This document shows positions 16,552 through 23,828 of a stretch of 42,418 nucleotides of DNA, one piece after another. Both the position numbers and the translations under genes were made by a program. The DNA comes from a virus. The notes beneath the pieces were generated by a model, which was not told where the DNA came from, did not search any database, and saw only the letters and a program-made list of their open reading frames with translations. Location: IMG/VR virus record IMGVR_UViG_3300026026_000070, positions 1 through 42,418 of that record. One strand, written 5' to 3'. Position 1 is the first letter of the stretch, and every line of letters starts with the position of its first letter.

Positions 16552-17373
16552 CTAGCCTACGCTCGGCGAGTTTGCGCGCAGCCACGGGGGCAGATTCGCT
16601 GCACCTGCGACGGTGGGCACAGGCTGCTGCACAGGCGCAGTCGGAGCGATTACCGATGGCACTTGCGCGGCAGGGATCGGCATCTGTGTCTGCACAGGCT
16701 GCGACGGCGCAAAGGACGGCACTGCGCCGGGGGGCAGGTTGCTCGCAGCAGCGGGGGCAGGCTGCGCAGCGACGGCGGCGGGGGTGGGCTTATTGGCTGC
16801 GAAACCGCGCGGCAAGCGCGGCAGCCCAGTGGCGCTACGCCACTTGCTGTACTGAGTAGCTGCCGTTAACTCGTTGACAGGCTGCCCGTTGAGCGTCGGG
16901 GAGAATTGCTTGATCGCCGCGATCAGCTCATCCTTGCTTGGAGCTCGACCAAGTTGCTGCGAAAGCCCGTCGCAGTAGCTCCACACGAGCCCGCCGACAG
17001 TGCTGGCGCCAGGACGCGAGGGCACGGCAGGGGTTGCCGGCTGCTGTGCAGGTGCCGTGACGGCGGGGATCGAGGGTTGTTGCACGGGGGGAGCGGAGAT
17101 GGGTGCAGTCGGAACGCTTATCGTCTTGCTGGCTTCGAGCGCCTTGTTTGCGAGGTAGGTTTCGATCTGCACAAGCTCGCCAAGCTTGGCGTCGATGCTA
17201 GCGAGCAGGGTTGCGACGGCGGAAGTGGTGACGATGGATTGCGTGTTCTCGGTCATGGTCTGTCCTTCTTTCGTGGTTTTGTTGCTGTGTGACTTGTTGT
17301 TTGACTTCTTCGCTGGCTTGTGTGCCGGCTTCGAGGGCTGCGGCTTCTTAGCCGACTTCTTCTTTGTGGCCAT
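16552..17373 (-). CDS. Pro/Ala/Gln-rich protein with a Lys-rich histone-H1-like N-terminus
   Basis: 273 aa. The N-terminus is MATKKKSAKKPQPSKPAHKPAKKSNNKSHSNK, and SD GGAG lies 6 nt upstream of the ATG. An alternative internal start, MTENTQ, also has a GAAGGA SD. Confidence 0.6.
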   Translation of the reverse strand: MATKKKSAKKPQPSKPAHKPAKKSNNKSHSNKTTKEGQTMTENTQSIVTTSAVATLLASIDAKLGELVQIETYLANKALEASKTISVPTAPISAPPVQQPSIPAVTAPAQQPATPAVPSRPGASTVGGLVWSYCDGLSQQLGRAPSKDELIAAIKQFSPTLNGQPVNELTAATQYSKWRSATGLPRLPRGFAANKPTPAAVAAQPAPAAASNLPPGAVPSFAPSQPVQTQMPIPAAQVPSVIAPTAPVQQPVPTVAGAANLPPWLRANSPSVG

Positions 17374-17566
17374 ATTGTCTCCTCTGGAGTTGTACTGTCA
17401 ACTGTAGAATGTCGCGCTTGACCTTGCGGATGGTAGAAGATAGCGCGGTAACGTTTGCCTTTGTGCCTGCAGCGCGTGCAGTAACAAAACGTTCTTTTAC
17501 CATGCTTTGCAGGCCGCGCAATCGATCACGCAATAGGTACAGTTGGGCGTTAAATGATTCTTGCAT
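17348..17566 (-). CDS. Hypothetical protein (72 aa, helical)
   Basis: The ATG at 17566 has AGGAG 7 nt upstream. The ORF track starts at 17581. Confidence 0.5.
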   Translation of the reverse strand: MQESFNAQLYLLRDRLRGLQSMVKERFVTARAAGTKANVTALSSTIRKVKRDILQLTVQLQRRQYGHKEEVG

Positions 17567-17813
17567 CGTTACGCTCCTCATTGGTTGCTGTCAATAGTCG
17601 AATTGCGAGATACTTGCACGCTTGCAGGGTGGCGTTGTAGTCGTCACACTCGACTGTGTAGCCAGTGGTGTTGTAGTAGAGTCTGCGTAACTGCTCTATC
17701 GTCAATGCGCTGTAGGTTCGGCTAACGCACGCATCGCCTTCGATCGTGCCTGGCGTGCGAGGATTTAGGTGCAGCGCAAATCTACAGTCTGCTGTGTCGA
17801 TCACAATGCGCAT
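17550..17813 (-). CDS. Hypothetical protein (87 aa)
   Basis: The ORF lies in the operon orientation and packs tightly against its neighbours. Confidence 0.5.
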   Translation of the reverse strand: MRIVIDTADCRFALHLNPRTPGTIEGDACVSRTYSALTIEQLRRLYYNTTGYTVECDDYNATLQACKYLAIRLLTATNEERNDARII

Positions 17814-17844
17814 TGCTGTGCTCTATCAGGTGTTGGCTTCGCGG

Positions 17845-18054
17845 TCAAGTCTCGATTGCTTGCAGCTCAGGGATCCCATTCTTGCCGTGCGTGGCGCGCA
17901 ATCTGCGCAGTAACGCTGCTTGCCGCTCTGCAAGTGCTCTATTGACGATTACGTCTGCGTCTGCACGATAGTAGCCTGTGCCGAGGCACTGTTCACACAA
18001 GCCATCGGGCCTTTGCGTGCCGTGCCCGGTGCCCTTGCAGATATTGCAGATCAT
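17845..18054 (-). CDS. DnaJ-type zinc-finger protein (two CxxCxGxG motifs)
   Basis: The motifs are CNICKGTG and CEQCLGTG. SD AGGTG lies 5 nt upstream of the ATG. Confidence 0.6.
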   Translation of the reverse strand: MICNICKGTGHGTQRPDGLCEQCLGTGYYRADADVIVNRALAERQAALLRRLRATHGKNGIPELQAIET

Positions 18055-18144
18055 GTGAGCACCTGGAAGCCTTGCGCCGTTGCGTAGCTTCGCAGTACTT
18101 TGATGCGCGCGCTGCCTGTGTCGCTGGCACTGAGCGGTGTACGA

Positions 18145-18372
18145 TCATCGACGGGCATTGGCTAGCGACTCCACAATTGTTAGCTTGCAAGGCTGGCTAG
18201 CGTCGGCTTCCTGATATATGAGCACAGCAGTGCAGTAATTGCATTGCCACACAGTTACACTTCCGTTGCCGCGCACAGTCTTAACGATTGCGTCGCGTCC
18301 CCATGCATGCGCATTATTGAGCGATTCGTTGCGTACTAAGCAATTGCCTGACGGTGCGGGTGTTGCGTTCAT
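18145..18372 (-). CDS. Hypothetical protein (75 aa)
   Basis: The ORF lies in the operon orientation and starts 6 nt after the upstream stop. Confidence 0.5.
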   Translation of the reverse strand: MNATPAPSGNCLVRNESLNNAHAWGRDAIVKTVRGNGSVTVWQCNYCTAVLIYQEADASQPCKLTIVESLANARR

Positions 18373-18377
18373 TGTGG

Positions 18378-18626
18378 TTACTCCTCATCTTTGCGCTTGC
18401 CATTTTCGTCGACTAGTCCTGCGATGCACTCCAGGTGATCGAGTAGTGCGTCGGCTTCGCTGTACTTGTCCGCAATCTGGTCTAGTGCACTACGCAACTT
18501 GAGTGTCAGTGCTGCTACGTCACCATTCCCGGAATGCATACCTTTTGCAGCTTGGATTATGTCTTGGCACGCAGCAATGATGACTATTGCGCGTCCGGCG
18601 ATGCCGAGAGTTAGATCTAGGATCAT
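18378..18626 (-). CDS. Hypothetical protein (82 aa)
   Basis: It starts in an ATGA overlap with the upstream gene at 18623..18626. Confidence 0.55.
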   Translation of the reverse strand: MILDLTLGIAGRAIVIIAACQDIIQAAKGMHSGNGDVAALTLKLRSALDQIADKYSEADALLDHLECIAGLVDENGKRKDEE

Positions 18627-18883
18627 GGCTCAAATGGTCCAATGTAGACTGTGGTAGCGTCGAATGGACCGACATTGACTAGGCGCTCAATCGCACCTTC
18701 AACTGCGGCCGAGTCCAGCTCAGCGAGAAACGTATCGACGGGCAAGCTCGGCTCGTCACTTGTGCGCTCAGCAGGGACTGCAAACGCCCATGCGGGCAGG
18801 TCGAGGGCGAGGGCAGGACTGTCAGCTCGTGCTGCGCTCGTCAGGCCGCAGACCAGGATCGCGGTGCAGATGCAATTACGCAT
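18623..18883 (-). CDS. Exported acidic small protein (86 aa, Sec-type signal peptide)
   Basis: The internal ATG at 18883 gives MRNCICTAILVCGLTSAARA/DSPALALDL..., with an AxA cleavage-type site. The mature part is acidic. It lies inside the GC-rich insert. Confidence 0.5.
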   Translation of the reverse strand: MRNCICTAILVCGLTSAARADSPALALDLPAWAFAVPAERTSDEPSLPVDTFLAELDSAAVEGAIERLVNVGPFDATTVYIGPFEP

Positions 18884-19871
18884 GTTGCACGCGCGCCGCG
18901 ATCGCCTCTTGCGCCGCCACCTCGATCGCCCGGAGTGCGCGATCGTCTCCCGTCGCACGCACGATCGCAGCCGGCGCGCCAGTCTCGACTGACAGACCAT
19001 GGCGCACGCAGTAGGCGCGGATCCCACCGTCGCAGAGACCGGCACTCCGGGCATGCTGATACGTGACCTGGAGGCGCGGGCACATGATCGTCACGAGGTG
19101 GACGCGCCTCGCTTGCTTGTGAGTCTCATGCTCGCGTGCCTGCTCGGCTTCGACCATCACACACTTGCGCATGATTTCTGCGCGACACGCAGCGTAGGTC
19201 ACGCCGTGCTCCCACTTGCCGAATCGCGCCGCGAGGGCTGTTGGTATCGGGACCGACACGCCAGTGCGGCGCAGATCGATGCCATATCTCACGACCACGC
19301 GCGTCTCGCGGAGGCCCAGGACGTCACCGTCGAGTAGACAGCTCTGCTCGACTCGACCGCGCCAGTCGCGCGGCAGCCGGGCGAGGGAGATTGTCGCGAC
19401 CTTGTGCGCGAGGTGGGACCACAGGGTGACAGTCCGGGTGTCCGTCGTCGCGCCGTAGTTTTTCCAACGGCGCGGTCCGTAGCTGCGATGCCAGCTCTTA
19501 GAGTAGCTATCTCGTGATTCGTCATCCTGGCCACCAGTGCCGTAGGTGCACGTCGCCTCCGAGCTCGCGGCGAGGGAGTGCACGTGTAGGTGATACGCAC
19601 GACCAATCTTGCACGCGAGAGTCTCCCATCCGGCTTTGCGGCGACGCTGCTCGACTGTCCAGCGCTTCGCGCGAGGGATCCACTCCTCGCGCGTCGTCGG
19701 GCGCAGTGACGGATCGAGTCTCTCGGCTCGTGCTCTCAGGACCGCGGACGCGCGCACGTAGCGAGCATAGCGCTTGGTACTCGTGCCGCGTTTGCGCGTA
19801 CTGTACGCGAGTGCGTTACACGCTTTGACGATCTGCTCTACGTTTTCCGTGACATTCTGTGTTGTAGTCAT
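18876..19871 (-). CDS. Arg-rich protein of unknown function (331 aa) in the GC-rich insert
   Basis: It is the longest ORF in a stretch where every frame is open, which is a high-GC effect. It follows the operon orientation. I recognised no family motif. Confidence 0.55.
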   Translation of the reverse strand: MTTTQNVTENVEQIVKACNALAYSTRKRGTSTKRYARYVRASAVLRARAERLDPSLRPTTREEWIPRAKRWTVEQRRRKAGWETLACKIGRAYHLHVHSLAASSEATCTYGTGGQDDESRDSYSKSWHRSYGPRRWKNYGATTDTRTVTLWSHLAHKVATISLARLPRDWRGRVEQSCLLDGDVLGLRETRVVVRYGIDLRRTGVSVPIPTALAARFGKWEHGVTYAACRAEIMRKCVMVEAEQAREHETHKQARRVHLVTIMCPRLQVTYQHARSAGLCDGGIRAYCVRHGLSVETGAPAAIVRATGDDRALRAIEVAAQEAIAARVQHA

Positions 19872-19898
19872 GATGACGTCTTTCTATGGATGCCGGGG

Positions 19899-20051
19899 TT
19901 AGACCATCTTGATTCCGAGTTTGCGCAGTGCACGCTTCGCTGAGGAGTCGGCAGGCGGTGCTGCCATGCGGGCTTGCCACTCCTTGTAGCTTTGTGCGGC
20001 AAGTTGCTCAAATGTAAGAGCAGGTTTTGCGATCTTTTGTGACTTTGACAT
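19899..20051 (-). CDS. Hypothetical small protein (50 aa)
   Basis: Hand translation gives MSKSQKIAKPALTFEQLAAQSYKEWQARMAAPPADSSAKRALRKLGIKMV. It is below the ORF-track cutoff. Confidence 0.4.
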   Translation of the reverse strand: MSKSQKIAKPALTFEQLAAQSYKEWQARMAAPPADSSAKRALRKLGIKMV

Positions 20052-20059
20052 GATGTTTC

Positions 20060-20230
20060 CTACTCGTACAGATCGTCAAATGCATCGGACACAGTATCGT
20101 ACACTGACTTGGCGCTACGTGCACGAATGTAAAGCGTCATTTGCTCGACGTTCGAAAGCTCGGAATGATGCTTCGCAATGTAGCGATCGAGCACTACGCT
20201 GCTTGCCATGTCTGCCGTACAGATGAGCAT
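20060..20230 (-). CDS. Hypothetical small protein (56 aa, acidic C-terminus)
   Basis: Hand translation gives MLICTADMASSVVLDRYIAKHHSELSNVEQMTLYIRARSAKSVYDTVSDAFDDLYE. SD AAGGAG lies 7 nt upstream. It is the first gene after the repeat-rich intergenic region. Confidence 0.5.
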   Translation of the reverse strand: MLICTADMASSVVLDRYIAKHHSELSNVEQMTLYIRARSAKSVYDTVSDAFDDLYE

Positions 20231-20355
20231 ATCTGGACTCCTTTGTAGGTTTCGGCCGCGGTGCTATCGGCTAGGTCCCTTGCAGCAATGTGCTTGGCCT
20301 TACCTAGCGCGATGTCACATCTTGCCACCAGTGTCGACTTGCTAGCTGCGAGACG

Positions 20356-20384
20356 ATTCTACGCTATTGCAAATAGTCGGCCAA
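20356..20384 (-). promoter_or_regulatory. Sigma70-like promoter candidate flanked by operator-like repeats
   Basis: On the minus strand TTGGCC (20384..20379) is followed by a 17-nt spacer and then TAGAAT (20361..20356). TGCAAATAGT direct repeats lie at 20368..20377 and 20388..20397. Confidence 0.4.
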
Positions 20385-20531
20385 GTCTGCAAATAGTGCA
20401 AAATGCTGAAATCATTGATGTCGCTTAGCAGCATGTTACTTAAAGTGCGTAGTCGGCTACGCTATTTAGCCGCTAACTGCGAAGTAGTTTGCGCAGTTAG
20501 TGTGTAGCCAGTTACGCGCATGTAAGCTACG

Positions 20532-20738
20532 TTACAAAGTTGGTTGCGCAGTACGGCATTTCTTGCATAGCGTGTCATATTGCACAAAGCGGTGTGGAGT
20601 GCCCAGCCACGTGCCCGCGACTTGACGCGAATAGTCGCATCCTGGACACATTATGCAGCTATAGTGTACCTGATAGCCGAGTAGCTTTGGATCAAGTATT
20701 GATCGACAACTGGCCAAAAGTATGCGCGCGGCGATCAT
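20532..20738 (-). CDS. Zinc-ribbon small protein (68 aa)
   Basis: This uses an internal ATG of the 157-aa track ORF and gives MIAARILL...CIMCPGC...CKKC. It avoids overlapping the upstream 73-aa gene. Confidence 0.45.
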   Translation of the reverse strand: MIAARILLASCRSILDPKLLGYQVHYSCIMCPGCDYSRQVAGTWLGTPHRFVQYDTLCKKCRTAQPTL

Positions 20739-20748
20739 CGACACTCGC

Positions 20749-20970
20749 TCAGAACGGTATCTGTGTGTAGTCGATCCAATCCTCGCAGCCGACGAGCAGT
20801 ACACGATGCGGCGGGGTCTCGCCAAAGTGAATGCATCCACGCGCGTGCGGCGACAAGTCCAATGGTGCTTGCCACCACGTGCAATTGTAGCAGCAGTGCC
20901 ACAGTCCTTTGTCGATATACGATTGCTGGGCAACAATTGCGGCCAGATTGGTTTCTTTCTCAGAAGGCAT
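20749..20970 (-). CDS. Cys/Trp-rich small protein (73 aa)
   Basis: The ATG at 20970 overlaps the helicase stop by 11 nt. The protein contains HCCYNCTWW...C...C. Confidence 0.5.
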   Translation of the reverse strand: MPSEKETNLAAIVAQQSYIDKGLWHCCYNCTWWQAPLDLSPHARGCIHFGETPPHRVLLVGCEDWIDYTQIPF

Positions 20971-22594
20971 ATCCCCTCACTTCCGGGTATTGCTTGTTGA
21001 TCCACACCGCTATTGTCTTTGGTGTTCGCAGTTCGGGCAAGCGCTTGACAGCTTCCACAACTGTAGCTGGCGGTTGTGTGTTCGTATGCTCATGCCACCA
21101 CGTCTTAGCTCTGTGCTTTGGATAGCCATCGTGCTCAAAGCAAAGCCATTCGTGGAAGATGCGCAGTCCACAGTGGTAGCTCACTTTCAAGCTCTCTTTA
21201 GAGCCCGGCTTGGTGTGGACATTGTATGTCACTCGATCAACGGGCATATCCACAATCGCAGGAACCTCACTGCGCTTTAGTATGTCGTCGCCTGCTGCGC
21301 GTGCCTTGAAGCGTACCTTGATCTGGAAGGGTGCTTTACAATAGGGGCACACTCGCGCGCTAGCATGACAATAGCTGTTGCACGCTTCACAGACTTTGAC
21401 GGGCGCTTCTCCGTGCCCCTTGCCTTTCTTCTTTGGCGTAACAGGATCATTGATGGGGCCTAGTCGCCGCACATTGCCCGCAAAGTCAAGCACAAGACAG
21501 TTGGGCTTTTGTGATGCTTGTATAGCGTCCAGTCGCCCCCTGGTTGTGGATATGTCGAAGCCTGGCGCGTACACTGCGCGTGCTCCTCGGCCCAACGTCT
21601 GCACGTGCAAGCCTGGCGAGATTGTAGGCCGTAGCATGAGTATCAGATCGATCAACGGGAAGTCAAAGCCTGTAGTCAAGACTCCGTTGTTGAAGCATGC
21701 GCGAAACTCGCCAGCCCGATAAGCAGCTAACCGCGAGTCTCGCTCGCTGTCTGGCATCTTGCTGTGCACTACTGTAGCAGACACACCTAGTTCATTGCAG
21801 AATTGCGCGCAGTGTTCTGCGTGCTCGACACCTGCCGCGAATCCAAGCCAGTGTGCGCGATTACCACCAAGGCGCAGTGCCTCGGCAAGCGCAGCGCGGG
21901 TTACCTCGGCTTTGTCGACTGCGCCCTGTAGCTGCTTTTGGTTATACTCTCCTTGTCGAATTTGCACACCGTCAACCTGTAACTTTGTAGATGTCGGGCG
22001 CGCAATGAGGGGGCACAGGTAGCCTTCATCCACGAACCAGTTGAACACGGCGAATTCTGTCATATCTACTGCAACATCTGTAAATAGTCCGCCGTCTACA
22101 AGGTCACCTTGCCCTAGCCGATAGTGCGTGGCTGTCAAGCCAATTGTCTTGAGTTGCGGATTGGTCTTGCGCAGTTCTCGCAGGAACGCTTGATACATGG
22201 TGTCCTCTTTCGGGGAAACCAAGTGGCACTCGTCAATGATTACGAAGTCGATGAAGCCGAAGGCTTGCGGGCAAGCCACGGCAGAGCCGATGCCCGCAAC
22301 TGTGATGGCTGCATAGGTTTCTTTGCGGCCAAGTCCTGCTGAGTACACGCCGATAGGCGCTGTTGGCCACAGTCGCAGTATCCAAGTCAGGTCTTGCTGC
22401 AAGATTTCTTTGACGTGTGACAAGAGCATGCAACGTGTTCCGGGATAGCGCTGGAAAGCCTCAACCAAGAACTGCGCAATCACAACTGACTTGCCCGTGC
22501 CTGTGGGCATGGCAATGATCGGGTTTCCTGTGCCTTCGGCAAAGAATTGCCAGAGGCAATCAACGCCGTACTGCTGATAATCGCGCGGCTGCAT
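20960..22594 (-). CDS. SF2 DEAH-box helicase with a C-terminal zinc ribbon
   Basis: Walker A is MPTGTGKS and the DEAH box is IIDECH. The C-terminus carries CEACNSYCHASARVCPYC. Confidence 0.85.
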   Translation of the reverse strand: MQPRDYQQYGVDCLWQFFAEGTGNPIIAMPTGTGKSVVIAQFLVEAFQRYPGTRCMLLSHVKEILQQDLTWILRLWPTAPIGVYSAGLGRKETYAAITVAGIGSAVACPQAFGFIDFVIIDECHLVSPKEDTMYQAFLRELRKTNPQLKTIGLTATHYRLGQGDLVDGGLFTDVAVDMTEFAVFNWFVDEGYLCPLIARPTSTKLQVDGVQIRQGEYNQKQLQGAVDKAEVTRAALAEALRLGGNRAHWLGFAAGVEHAEHCAQFCNELGVSATVVHSKMPDSERDSRLAAYRAGEFRACFNNGVLTTGFDFPLIDLILMLRPTISPGLHVQTLGRGARAVYAPGFDISTTRGRLDAIQASQKPNCLVLDFAGNVRRLGPINDPVTPKKKGKGHGEAPVKVCEACNSYCHASARVCPYCKAPFQIKVRFKARAAGDDILKRSEVPAIVDMPVDRVTYNVHTKPGSKESLKVSYHCGLRIFHEWLCFEHDGYPKHRAKTWWHEHTNTQPPATVVEAVKRLPELRTPKTIAVWINKQYPEVRGYAF

Positions 22595-22597
22595 CTG

Positions 22598-22783
22598 TTA
22601 GCTAGTCCACGGTCGGCATGCCATGCAATCGCAGTCTTCATGCCGATCCACGCGCAGTTTCAAGCTGTCGCGCTTCACGTTCTGCGGGCTCATCCAATGC
22701 AGTAGTAGCTCATATTCGCGGCGATCAATCATTCGCATCTTGCCTGTAGCGAGCATATGCAACAGAATCGCCACGGGTGTCAT
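22598..22783 (-). CDS. Hypothetical protein (61 aa)
   Basis: It starts in an ATGA overlap with the nuclease stop at 22780..22783. Confidence 0.5.
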   Translation of the reverse strand: MTPVAILLHMLATGKMRMIDRREYELLLHWMSPQNVKRDSLKLRVDRHEDCDCMACRPWTS

Positions 22784-23736
22784 AGCTTGCGCACCTCGTA
22801 TTGTGGACAGCCTAGTAACTGGTCTTGCTTAGTCAGTGTTATGCCGTGGTTGCTACACTTCCACCATTCGCTGTGCTCCATGGGTGTCCCTGCGGCGCAC
22901 GTTCGACAGTTGCGTGCAGGTGCTGTTTTGCCATAGCATACTGGCGCTTGCTTGCAGAATTTGCATTGCCACCATGAAGGATCGTTCTTGATTCTGGAAG
23001 GTGGCTCAGTTGCGAAGATAATCTCGCGTGCTCTGTTGCTGAAGGCATCGCTGATTGCTTCGTCCAGTCCAATCAGCTCGCCATACAGTGAATCATCGTC
23101 TTTGCATACTGCTAGGTATAGTCCAGTGCTCAACTGGTAGGCTCGCATATACATTTGCATCTGTACATAGTGCACAAACTTGCTAGTGCGAACACCTTCG
23201 CCTGTGAAGGTTGCTCCGTCTTTGACTGCTACGTAGTCGTTCCAATTGCGTCCTGCAAGCTTGGCAAAACTGTCGCGTGAGTGTGTTTTGAATTCACACA
23301 GCACAGGACCATCGCAGTCGGGAATCTTTGTAGCTACGCCGTCGAGTGATCCGCCGAAGTGCCCTCCGTGCATTGTGATCTGGTATTGCTTGCCAGGCTG
23401 CGCGTATTGGTGCACTTCGATGTCCGCAGCGCCTAGCATGGCCACAAAGCGAGGCTCTTCAAGGTGTCCACGATTGAACAGTCGCAGGATGCGCCAATCA
23501 AGTGCAGGCTTGTTAGCCCAGTGGAAGTCGTACCAAAGTTCTCGTGAGCAATCATTGCCAATGCGAGAAGCACCTAGGTGCGATCGAAAGGGCGGCTCTT
23601 CACCACGATAGGCGTCTTCGGCAAGAGGCATCAATCCGCGCAGTAACTCGCGAAAGTGAGCACCTTGATCACGCTCGATGGCTTGCTTGATTGCGGCTAG
23701 GGTCTTGTGTGCAATGCAGATTAATGGATTGTGCAA
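22780..23736 (-). CDS. PD-(D/E)xK exonuclease, Cas4/RecB-like, with a C-terminal Cys cluster
   Basis: The D...E-x-K core is SLDGV...CEFKTHS, and the C-terminus carries CKFCKQAPVC...CRTC. The start is uncertain: a TTG at 23736 has GGAAGG 6 nt upstream, while the ORF-track start at 23754 lies inside the terminator T-tract. Confidence 0.7.
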   Translation of the reverse strand: MHNPLICIAHKTLAAIKQAIERDQGAHFRELLRGLMPLAEDAYRGEEPPFRSHLGASRIGNDCSRELWYDFHWANKPALDWRILRLFNRGHLEEPRFVAMLGAADIEVHQYAQPGKQYQITMHGGHFGGSLDGVATKIPDCDGPVLCEFKTHSRDSFAKLAGRNWNDYVAVKDGATFTGEGVRTSKFVHYVQMQMYMRAYQLSTGLYLAVCKDDDSLYGELIGLDEAISDAFSNRAREIIFATEPPSRIKNDPSWWQCKFCKQAPVCYGKTAPARNCRTCAAGTPMEHSEWWKCSNHGITLTKQDQLLGCPQYEVRKL

Positions 23737-23752
23737 TTGACACCTTCCTTGC

Positions 23753-23817
23753 AAAAAAAGCCCGTGTCCTCTGTGCGTTGGCTAGCTACCCCAGCATAGC
23801 TCTGCACAGAGGACACG
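23753..23817 (-). terminator. Intrinsic terminator: 14-bp perfect stem followed by GGC and T7
   Basis: CGTGTCCTCTGTGC (23763..23776) pairs with GCACAGAGGACACG (23804..23817). The minus-strand T7 run is at 23759..23753. It begins 11 nt after the DUF669 stop. Confidence 0.8.
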
Positions 23818-23828
23818 AGCAACCTAGT

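Noticed and set aside
16491-17407. Plus-strand ORFs (16491..16859, 16498..16869, 16613..16855, 16906..17292, 17186..17407) opposite the Pro/Ala-rich gene
   Set aside because: They are high-GC shadow frames with Arg/Gly/Ala-rich nonsense-like translations. The minus-strand gene has good SD sites and fits the operon.
17993-18148. 51-aa Arg-rich ORF (MIVHRSVPATQAARASKYCEATQRRKASRCSH...) whose ATG forms an ATGA overlap with the upstream stop
   Set aside because: The ATGA coupling and the arginine-rich, lambda-N-like composition are tempting. However, it would overlap the well-supported zinc-finger gene (17845..18054) by 62 nt in another frame, and it has no SD. It is left unresolved rather than called.
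18651-19828. Plus-strand and alternative minus-strand ORFs across the GC-rich insert (for example 18651..18992, 18999..19337, 19289..19606, 19514..19828)
   Set aside because: Open frames on all six phases are expected at this GC content. Only the 331-aa and 86-aa readings fit operon orientation and junction overlaps. The frame choice still needs a GC3 or Ribo-seq check.
20532-21005. Full 157-aa minus-strand ORF overlapping the helicase 3' end
   Set aside because: Its 5' two-thirds overlap the helicase gene and the 73-aa gene in other frames. Only the 3' 68-aa portion, from the internal ATG (a zinc-ribbon protein), was kept.
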